A DNA stretch of 64,000 nt from Azolla caroliniana (lineage: Eukaryota > Plantae > Polypodiophyta). Shown here in pieces: positions 24,100-34,411 of the stretch. The notes below the pieces were generated by a model, which was not told the origin of the DNA, ran no database searches, and was given only the letters and a program-made list of their open reading frames with translations. Each line of letters starts with the position of its first letter. The stretch's first letter is position 1. The translations under genes and the position numbers were made by a program. The stretch is from NCBI GenBank assembly GCA_043228905.1, contig JBHGNT010000003.1, forward strand, positions 12,338,001 to 12,402,000, read 5' to 3'.

Positions 24100-27000
24100 T
24101 TACCGGCTTGCCGTCTCCTCCGTCTTGTGGTTGCCGTTCCCCTCACAGGTTGCCGTTTCCTCACCGGTATCGGTCCTTTGCTCAAATGGGTTCTTAGGCA
24201 TCGGTCCTCTATATGGCTTCAATCTGAATCCGTTGACCCATTTGCCTAGCACTTCGCCGGCAAGTGTCCCTAACTGGTAGGACCCATTATACTCACGTGT
24301 CAGCCAATACGGGCCGGTCCATCTAAACCGTAGTTTTCCCGGCATCTTGCCCATCCGGGTCTGAAATACTAACACCGGTTTGCCGATTGCGAACATTTTC
24401 TCATTTCCTTTCCTGTGCCGGTCGACAAATGCTTTCCGTCGCCGTTGTTCCAATTCTAAGTTCTGGATGCTTGCCAGTCGTTGTTCCTCGAGTTCACACA
24501 GCGTTGTTAACCGTATTGCCTCCGACTCCTTCTCGTTCAGCCGTTCCCGTAGCTGGATCCGTAAGCTGGGTACTTGGAATTCCACCGGCATTACCGCCTC
24601 TAGTCCGAACGCTAACCGGAATGGTGTTGTTCGGATGCTCGTTTTATATGCCGTCCAGTATGCCCAAAGCGCGCTATGTAGCTTCGTATCCCAATCCGTT
24701 CGGTTTTCGTTGACGATCTTCCGGAGGATATTCTGGAGCGTTTTGTTCGTCGATTTAGCTAACCCGTTTGCTTGCGGATAGTATGGTGTGCTCCGTTTAT
24801 GGACAACGACATAGAATGTCGTCAGGCCTTCAACTACTTGGCCGAGAAAGTGTCCCCCTTGTTCGCTTATTAATTTGATTGGGCATCCGTAACAGCACCA
24901 GATGTATTCATATAGAAATTTTGCTGTTGACGCAACGGTGTTGTCTCTTAATGCTTTGGCCTCCACCCGTTTCGTGCAGTAATCCGTCGCCACGATGATG
25001 TACCGATTACCTGTTCTCATTGCCGGTGGTTTGAATGATCCAACAAAGTCTAGCCCCCACTTCTGGAATGGCTCGAGTGGTAGTACAGGCTGGTGTGGCA
25101 TACGAGCCTGCTCCGTTGGCTGGCCCATTGGCTGGCATAGGTCACATTCTTTTGCATACCGTACCGCATCTCTTAATGTCGTTGGCCACCATAGGCCACT
25201 TTGCCATATTTTCCTGGCCATCGCATCTCCGGCATAGTGACCTCCGGCAACTCCGCAGTGGGCTTCCCTCAGTATGAGGTCCTTTTCATCGCTGCGCACA
25301 ACCCGTCTCCATATGCCGTCCGCGCCCTTGTGGTAAAGTGTGTCTTGCAATAAGCAGAAATGTCGGCTTTGCACCACCAGGTGTTTCCTTTCGTCCCGGT
25401 TCATCTCTTCCGGAGGCAGTCCTGTGCTCAGAAACTGGTGCATATTTGTGAGCCACTTGTCTTCCTGTGCCACCGTCTCATCTGCTGCCGTTTCCGTAGT
25501 GACTCAAAATAGCTCCGCATCCGGAAACTCGTCCTCTACTCCGTCGCCCGTCTCTCCGGACTCTAATCGGCTTAAATAATCCGCTACGGCATGCTGTATA
25601 CCGGGTCGGTGAAATATTTCAAACTCGAATTCCTGTAACAGTAAGGTCCACCAAGCCAACTTACTGGTGAGTGACGCCTTGGACACCAGGTAAAGGAGTG
25701 CTGAATGCTCTACATGGAAGGAAAACTTCCTTCCCAATAAATAATGCCGAAACTTTGTCACACTGTAGATCATCCCTAGAGCTTCCCATTCCGTGGTAGA
25801 GTAGTTCCGTTCCGCTTGGGATAGCTTTTGGCTGGCAAAGTACACTGGCCAGTACCACTTTGGCTCCATAAGCTGCATCAACACGCTTCCGATTGCGATG
25901 TCGGAGGCGTCCACGAACACATGAAATTCTTTACTCCAATCCGGAGGCGGGACTACCGGTGCTTGCGACAATAATACCTTGAGGGCCCTATACGCCCTAT
26001 CCTCGGTGTCAGTCCATTGGAATGGTGTCTGATGTACGGCGGCATGCAACAGTGTAACCAGGTCGGCCAAGTATCGGAGCATCCGGTTGTGCCACCGGAT
26101 CTGTCCTAAGAACCGGCTCAATGCCTTTGCCGTTGCCAGCGCCGGTGCTTCAAATATGGCTTTCACTTTGTCCGGGTCGACTGCAATACCTTCCTGGCGC
26201 ACAATATGTCCTAATAAGGTTCCACTGGACACGCCAAACACACACTTTGCCGGATTCAAGCTTAGCCGGTACGCTCTACACTTTTCTAGACAAAGACGGA
26301 GGTGCTGGAAATGGTCCTCCTCCCGGCTATAGATGGCGAAATCGTCAAGGAAAACCTGCATAAAAGCCGGGATATATTCACCAAAGATTTCCATGATGAT
26401 TCGTTGAAATGTTGCCGGTGCCATTTTGAATCCGAACATCATCACCACAACCACAAACACCCCCCATTCGGTGACGAAAGCCGTTTTCTCTTGGTCGTTG
26501 GGGTGCATCTGAATCTGATTATACCCGCTGAATCCATCTAGAAAGCTATAGACCTCATGGCCGGCGACGGCATCCAACACTCCATCTGTGAACGGAAGTG
26601 GAAACGCATCCGTTACCGTAACCACATTAAGTTTCCGGTAGTCCACACAAACTCGAATTTTTCCGTTCTTCTTCAGTACGACTACGATTGGGCTCAACCA
26701 TGTCGCTTTCTTTACCGGACGGATAAAGCCAACTCTTAGTAGTTTGTCGATTTCCTCCTTGACTTTGGTAGCATAAATGACGGGAACTCAAGGCTCCTTG
26801 TGTCCAACGCTCGGCCACAACCGAGCTTCCTTTCGTACGCAGAAAACGGGAAACAAATGCACGACACAGTAGAGAAGAAAAATAGTACACAGGAGGTTTA
26901 CGTGGAAAACCCCAAACTAGGGGAAAAACCACGGCAGCCCACGGGCTGCAAACTGTCACTATGTATGAATGTACAAAACAGTGAGTTCACGGAGGCAAAC

Positions 27001-28538
27001 GACCTCGAACTCACGATCTTCGCCACAGGCGGCGGTTACAACAGAGGCAACGACCTCGTCTCTCTCTCTCTCTCTGTACAGTTACGCACCCTCTCTTCTT
27101 CTTGCACCAACAAGAAAAATAACAACGTCAACAATTACTAAAAGTTTGCCCTAAGTCATATTTATACTAATATGACTTTTCGGTTATTTACAAATGTAGC
27201 CTCGATAGGCTCTCAGAAACATATTTACGAATATGTCTCTTCATCCGGTTCATACCGGGCCTGCACCATCCGGCTCTCCGTAGCCGGGTACTCCTCATCC
27301 GGTTCATACCGGGCCTGCACCATCCGGCTCTCCGTAGCCGGGTACTCCTCATTCGGTTCATACCGGGCCTACACCATCCGGCTCTCAGTAGCCGGGTACT
27401 CCTCATATGGTTCATACCGGGTCTGCACCATTCGGCTCTCTGTAGCCGGGTACTCCTCATACGGTTTCGGCCTCGGCCGAGTTCGTTCATCGGCACTGTT
27501 CTTCTCCCTTCCCATCCGGAGGGACCTATTTCCCAAAAATAATTGGGATTCATCCGGTACCGTCTTTGTGCCACTGGTTTTGCGTCCTTGCTCAAGTGAA
27601 TCTGATGCTGGTATAACTGAGGGTCGAGTCCTCACATGTCTTCGTATGACCAGGTGAACACGTCGCGAAATTCCGTGAGAAGTGTGATCATCGCCGTTTT
27701 GTCTTCAGACTTCATCTCCTTGGCAATGTGCACCAGTTTTGCTTCGTCCGTGGTCCCTAGGTTCACCGCTTCAAGTTGCGACACTTTTACGCGCTGTGAA
27801 ACGGCCATTTCCCGTTCCAACGCTTCCTGCGCTTGCCGTAACTCTCGGATTGCGTCTTTATCGGGTTTTGCTTCAGTCTCTTCCGGTTGCGGTAAGTATG
27901 GTGAGTGCTCGTCCTTGGCTGTGTTGGTACCCGTACCTTGCTTTTCCTCGCCGAAAGGTAATTATATTTTTCCTCCAATTCTGTTTGATATGTGCCGTTT
28001 TCAACCACGGCCGCCCCAGCAATAGCGGGTATGCGCCTTGTGCCTGTAATTGTAGCACTTCTACCGAGATGTGAAATGTATGACCGCCAACGGTGACTTC
28101 TAATTTTCGTATCAATCCTGTCGGCCGCACTGAGCTTGTATCGGCCATCCGTAACCAGAACGGACACAGCTCCCACTCGTGGATTCCTAGGGCATCACAC
28201 GTCCGGAGGCTTATTACATTCACCCTGGAGCCTCCGTCTATAACTGTGTCGGGGAGTTCTTTCCCTTTTACAATGGCAGTGATTACCGGACTGTTGGTGT
28301 CCACCACCGTTGGTGCCTCCTCCGGATTCGAGAAGAGTACCGGTGTCGGTGATGATTCTCTTGCCGTCATGGCCGTCTTCAGTCCTTCCGTGAATCTTGG
28401 CACGAGTTGTAGGAGTCTTCCTAGTGGCAGCGTAATCTGGCATTCTTGCAACGCCAGCCATGTCTCGTTCTCGGAGTGACTGCCACTTTCTTCAGCCATT
28501 CCGTCGCTTGCTTCCGAATGGTCTCCTACGTCTCCCAT
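24100..28538 (-). pseudogene. Gypsy pol (protease, RT, RNase H, integrase), interrupted by a solo LTR
   Basis: VIDGGSRVN/LLLGRPWL; CVDYRKLN, LDGFSGYNQI, VFLDDF; FHVFVDAS; HCGVAGGH..CDLCQ, WGLDFVG, YYPQANG, WTGPY. Confidence 0.92.
26778..27538 (-). mobile_element. Solo LTR (Tnt1/Tork-like copia type) inserted in gypsy pol; contains 4 x 54-bp tandem repeat (~27238-27462)
   Basis: Splits the peptide RYRMNPNY|ATKVKEE. Imperfect TSD ATAAA/ATAAT. Shares the GTGGTTTT..GGGTTTTCCAC motif with LTRs at ~2630 and ~63130. Confidence 0.85.
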
Positions 28539-28570
28539 TCCATGCCCATGCCCTTCGACCTTGTGGTTAC

Positions 28571-30412
28571 CTACTGCAGATCTGCCACTTCAGGGACTAC
28601 CATATTTACTGCCGGTCGTTTGTCATAGCTCTTCGTCGGGCATTGATTACTATAATGGCCTTCCTGTTGGCAGTAGTAGCAGTAGGCTTTCCGGGTATTG
28701 CTGGATTCGGCATTGTCTGTTGTACCCGAGGCAGGTCCCGTGGTAAGCGCGGGGTTTTGGGCCGGTTGGCTGCTTGAAGCTCCTTGTTCCGGATCCCGTG
28801 GGTAGCCGCCTTTTTTGAAATGCCGTTTTTTGTTATAGTTCTTCTTATTGCGGTACTCTTGACGAGGTTGGTCGTTATATATGCCGTATTCCAGATACCC
28901 GGGGGAGTGCTCCCGGTCATAATGTTCGTATCGTCTATTGTAATCCCGATCATATCTATCATGCTGGTCGTAGTTGTCCCGCCAATCACCGTACCAGACA
29001 TCATTCTTCCATCGACCACCATACCGGACATCCTGTGCCGGTCGGTCGCGGTCCATTCGCCGCCGGCATTCCTCTTCTTCATCCCGGCTGCTACGTGGCT
29101 CTATTTGTCGGACGGGCGGTGCTTGCCGGTTCAATAGATTATACTCGCACCTATCCATCGTATGGCCCTTGGATTGACAGATTACACATTGCGTCCTCAT
29201 AGTGCATTCTAGTGCCGAGTGTTCGGAATTCAAGCAGGTTGTGCACTGTATTGCTTGCCGAAACTGGAGGTCTTCATCGGACGGTAACACCCGTTGGAGT
29301 GCTCCCAGTGTGAGCCAGGAGCTTGTCTTTTCCATCTCTCTCACCCGGTCAATGACCTAGTCGATGGTACCTGTGCGGAAGTCAATTACCGTGCAAACCG
29401 TGCGTAGGGGTTCCCGGAGCGCATTTAGGAATATAGTTCGTAATTCCTCCTCCGAGGGTGTGCGGGCAAACTAACTATGCATCCGTTGAAACCGGATGAC
29501 GAACTGGGGAATGCTCTCCCCTGCCTCCTGTCGGATGGTATAAAATAAGCCCACCATTATTTGTGGTCCACCTCCTTTTGGAAAAAATGCAAGAATTTAG
29601 CTTTTAAATCTGCGAAGGTGGTGATGGTAGACGGGTCCGGCATCCGGTGCCATCTCGCTACTGGTCCCTCCAATGTGACGCCAAATTCTGCTATCTTAGA
29701 GCGTTCCTCTTCTTCCGGGGTCAATCGCTAGGACACATGGTTTGCTTCCCATGTCTGTTCAAAGGCGTGAACATGAGCTTCCACGTCTAGATCATCTCTA
29801 TACTTGGAGTACTGGAACGAGCATGTCGTCGTCCGGTATCGGTGCGCGGGCTGGCGGTGTTGGTGGTCGTTCCTGGTTTTTCTCCGGTTTCGGTGGTCTT
29901 TCCTGATTTGTTTCCTACTTCGGTGGTCTTTCCTCTTCTTTTGGTGACGGAGGCCTCTCCTCCTCGACTTCCGGTGTCGGAGGTCGCTCTTCCTCTGCTG
30001 GTTTCGGAGGTTCCAGCCTTAGCAATTCCGGTTCCGGTGTCGGTAAGGTGTCCGATCCTTCGTCCTCCGGTCCGCCCGGGGTTTCGTTGCTGCTACGGTA
30101 GTTCGTGTGCACGTTGTATTCCCCTTCGGAATCCGATTCATACGCTGAAAAGGCTTCTACTTCGCCTTCTCCACTTGCCAACACCTGGAGAAGGGATTCG
30201 GTTTCCCGGAGGCTGCTTAGGCTGATGTCGTCGTCCGGGTGCGATGTTTGCTGTAACCAGAGGGACTCCTCCGCTACTCTCCGGATTACGTTGGAAAACG
30301 AGCGATCCGCTCTAATTTCCTGCGCCGCTTGCTGGAAAGCCTCACGTCTCCTTTGCCTTTCAAAAAGGCATCGAGTTCGATCTGTAACCAGGTCGTGCGT
30401 TGATCTAGTCAT
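28571..30412 (-). pseudogene. Gypsy gag with N-terminal extension and three zinc-knuckle-like motifs
   Basis: CTTCLNSEHSALEC, CVICQSKGHTMDRC, CYYCQQEGHYSNQC. Capsid region is broken by stops. Confidence 0.85.
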
Positions 30413-30903
30413 CCATTCGTGCTGTCGTTCGCTGCAAAAACAGGAATCGTGGTCGCCAAAAACTGTGTTAACTCTTAGGGCCGGACAATGGCCTAACACA
30501 GGGTGTCTACGGAAGACACTTCACCAAAGGGGTGTTACGGCAATAGGATTAGACTCAACGATTAATCCGACTTAATTAGGCTACTTAACAAGATCGTCCT
30601 TAATAATCACACGCGTAAGATATAACAATGAATGCACAACGGCAATTAACACAGAGAGATAACAACACTAAGCTTTATTAATTAGCCACTGCTCATTACA
30701 TTGTATCCGGGCCTTTAAATAGGTTTCCGGTCTGTAGTACAAAACGGTGCCATCCGCACCTATTTGGGATCGGTCCGGATCCGGAACGGCATACCGATTC
30801 CGGTCCGTCTGTCCACACTCATAGCTTACTTACAACCATTCCTAATAATTAAATAACTCCCCGTTTCACACTCTGGACTCCTTTGTCGGCTGGGCCGGTA
30901 ACA

Positions 30904-33714
30904 GGGTGTGGGGGTAGGAGGCCACGAGCACGAGCCTCATCGAACGTCATGAGTTGATACTCGCAGGAAACGTCGAGGTATAGGGCTAATTCCGGTATGT
31001 CGTTAGCCTCGAGGTCGGTGGGCCAGTTGAACGTGGCGTATTCGATGGTGAATATGTGAGTACGAACCTCGACATCCCAGGCGGTTTGCCAAGCACGTAT
31101 TAGCTAGAGGAAACCGAAAGGGGGTACAAAGGTCATTGTGTTTTCCAACAGGGTGCGGGTGAGGGTGTCGGCGATGTGGCGTAAGCGCACCAGTGTTGTG
31201 AAGAGGTGGGCCAGCTGGTCTTCGGTGACTTGCATCGTGACATCAGAAGGGTAGGTGAAATAGATCAGGTCGGAGATGTCTAAGTCGTGGGTGAGGGTGG
31301 TGTGAAGTTAGGCCATACCTTCGAGGAACAAAATGGGGAGGTGTTGGGGGAAGAGGTCGCTGGCTAGGGGAGCAGGTTCTTCGGTGGCTTCCTGGTATAA
31401 CATGAAGAGGGCGAGGGCGTGGTTGTCTTCGGGGAGTACTCAGATGAAGGTATGCCAGTCTAGGGGTGTGGTGTCATCAAAGGATACGCGACGCGTGGCC
31501 CTAAACCCTAACGACCGAAGGACGCACGTTGCTTGGATGAGGAGGGTGCATGGTGTGCGTGGTGCAGTGAAAAGTTCGGAGAGTTCCTGGATCATATTCG
31601 GAGAGCCAGTTGGGGGAAGGAGAGGGGTCTGAACGGTCGAGGGGTCCATCCCACCGAGGGTGAGGGCGTGTTCAAGGGCGGCTTTGGACGTGCGGAGTTG
31701 AAGGATGTCCTTTTCGAGGTCGGCGCATTGGCGGCGGTGTTTGATGAGGAGACATCGATTGCGTTCATTGGCGACTTCGACTTGGTGGATCATGGCGTCT
31801 CATTCAGCCTTGAGGGTGGTGATCTCGCTCGTGAGTTGGTGAGTGGTGGCCATGGCGGCGGCCAGGGCCTCAGACCGTTCAGAGAGATCAGCCGTCACGG
31901 CTGCGAGGCGGGCCTCGGTCAGTTGGTGTTGGGTGGTGAGGCGGACGTACTTGGCCGAAAGTTCGGCATGTGTTTGCGTTGCGCGTTCCTGGTCGTGGTG
32001 CCAGGTGGTCCGAGCTTGTTGGAATTCGTCAGCGAGTTGTTGGTGTCGGGTTTGTGTTGTCAGGAGTTCTTGCTTGAGGAGGTCATGGGTGGCCACTTGG
32101 CATGCGTTGGTATGGAGGGCACTCTGTACCTCAGTGACCAAGATCTCGTTCCGTGTAGAGGTCTCGTGTTGGTCGGTGGCGGTCTGTTGGGCCTCTGCCT
32201 GAACTTGAAGTAGGCGACGATTCACGACGGTAGTCATCTTGAGGACGTCGGCCACCATGTCGGTTAACGGTTTGGGGGGGATGGCAAGGGAGGGGGTAGG
32301 GTGGGTAGTAAATGCAGTGAGGGAGGTCGAGTAGGGCACGGAGGTCGGGAGGCGTGGCGGAAGCGGGGTTGCCATTTGGGCGGGGGCGAGGGTGGGTTGG
32401 AGGGGGATTGCCGGGGTTGCGGTCGGGGGCCAGTCGGGGGTTTCGGTGTCGGGGGCGGTGTGGCGGGCGAGTTTATGGGGTCGGGGTTGCGGGGTGTCGT
32501 CAGTGCTGGTGGACGGGAAAGGTGGGGTAGTTGTGGCCGGAGCGGGGGGAGAGGATTAGTGGGGTGGAGGGGTTGGCGAGGTGGGTGGAGACGGGGTTGG
32601 CGGGTTCCGTTGGTCGCGCAAGATTGACTCAGTGGTGCAGCTGCGGGAACGCGAAGTCGTGGTTGTGGTTTGATGTGACACATAATGGAAAGTGGTGGAC
32701 AAGGCCTGGATTTCGGTGGAGGTGAACTCGTGTGTCTAGAATTCCTTAACACGATTCGTGATATCCTCAGGGGTGTCGAGGTTAGCTTCAGCTGAAACGT
32801 GGGTGATCGGGGGTTGTTTGTGTGCTGGTGGCCGTGCCTGTTCACCTAGGTGTACCTGTCGTAAAAAGTCGTGTTCGGGGAGACAAAGGCGTTCGAGTTG
32901 GCCTAGGATAGTGATCTTGCGGAAGCGTTCTTGGCAGCGTACGAAGGGAGGGGAGGGGGGTCCAATGCTGAACTTTGCGCACAAGTAGAGGGTGAGGAAC
33001 CACGCGAAATTGACAGTTGATTTGGGCCGTGAGTGTCATTCTCGGACCCGGCGGCCAAGCTCGTGAGCCCACTGGACCGGTTGCGGATCATGTGCCCACT
33101 TGAGGTACACACCGGTGATACGAGCGGTGGCATCGGTAGATGCGGTGTCACCGATTTGGGCAATGGCGCTATAATGGTCGTGGAGATGGAGAGGGATTTC
33201 GGTGTAATGCCACCCTTCGCGTCCAGAATATTCGGTTTAGGCGACAGAAATGATGCTGGGGATAACCCCCGGGGTCCTCTTGGTGTGGAAGGGGGCGCCC
33301 TCAAGGGGTAAATGCAGCGTAGCACAAACGTCGGCCGCGGTGAACTGCAATGCGACGGGGGGGGGGGGGGGGGGAGTCTGCGAAAGGCTGCATATCAACA
33401 TGGCCCGTATCGGGGTTGTACCCGATGAGGAAACGGTTGACCAGTTCGGGTAGGACGCCCCACGGCCCGATCCCAAGTAAGAACTTGAGGCCAAGTCGTG
33501 AGAGAGTGGCGAACACGTCGGGTTCGACCTACTTGAGCTGCGTGGCGGCCGTGGGAACCCGGTAAGTACATCGGGTATTGTTGAACACCATTGGAATGAC
33601 TAAGGAACCGCACCCTGCGTCGGGGTAGTATGCTTGGAGGAGTTTGATGAATTGGGGAGGCGTCAACCTTGGCAACCTGCAAGGAAAAATATTAGTATAG
33701 GTAAATGTGGTCAT
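30904..33714 (-). pseudogene. N-terminal two-thirds of the large gypsy accessory ORF (globular domain, Pro-rich linker, coiled coil, helical domain)
   Basis: Chained ORFs 33529-33714, 33301-33516, 32736-32984, 31800-32375 and 31440-31793, separated by single stops or poly-C frameshifts. Confidence 0.65.
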
Positions 33715-33922
33715 GAATCAGCAAGTACAGGTAGTTTCAATAGATTCCCCTACTTTTTTTTTTTTTTTTTTTTTTTTTTGGGAGCGGGACGTGGAGTTCT
33801 AACTACGGAGTAACTCAGTAAAATGTGGTGACGAAGCAACGAGTTCAGGTAGTTTCCATAAATTCCCCCCCTCTTTTTTCTGGGTCCTAATTTCGTAGTA
33901 ACGTATCAACTAAGGGTTACGT

Positions 33923-34097
33923 GGTCTAGGAGTTGGACTCCTCGAACGACGCGTGGTTCGAGGAGTTGGGCTGGGTGTGGACTCCTCAAACAATGGGTAG
34001 TTCGAGGGGTTGGGCCCCTCGAACAGTGTGTAGGGTGTGGTTCGAGGGGTTGGACTCCTCGAACAACAGGTAGTTCGAGGGGTTGGGCCCCTCGGAC
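33923..34097. repeat. Array of five 25-bp palindromic units GTTCGAGGRGTTGGRCYCCTCGAAC with 8-15-bp spacers
   Basis: Units at 33923-33947, 33956-33991 (enlarged loop), 34000-34024, 34040-34064 and 34073-34097. Confidence 0.85.
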
Positions 34098-34411
34098 CAG
34101 GAGGTGGAGTGGGCTGGAAATGGCCAACGACGTGGGGAGGGGCAAAAGACGAGGTGGCTGTCGCGGCCACCTCGGGGGGAACGAAAAAAACGTCGGGACG
34201 GTGGGGCAGCGTGGACGGGCAGCGGCTATGGCCGCCACGGGGGGAGTGTAGACGTAGTGTGCCGGCTATGCCCGCCACGGCTGGGAGGCCCGTAATTTGC
34301 CGGTGACAGGAGGAGGAGGACAGTGTCGTGGCGGCGGCCAAGGCCCCCGCAGAGGAACGAAGGGCAGGTATGGCACATGAGGGGAGTGTAGTGTGGTGTG
34401 GCAAAACAAGA

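Larger units (their letters stand above)
20394..30903 (-). mobile_element. Full-length decayed non-chromovirus Ty3/gypsy (Phygy-like) with an extra 3' ORF
   Basis: 438-bp LTRs 20394-20831 and 30466-30903 (about 14 differences by eye), TSD GGGTG, tRNA-Arg-type PBS TGGCGACCAC ending at 30458, order gag-PR-RT-RH-INT. Confidence 0.95.

Noticed and set aside
27172-27657. Repeat-protein ORFs (SSSGSYRACTIRLSVAGY)n
   Set aside because: Translation of a 54-bp tandem repeat inside a solo LTR.
33923-34097. CRISPR array
   Set aside because: Spacers are only 8-15 bp, there are no cas genes, and the context is a eukaryotic retroelement. Kept as a hairpin array.
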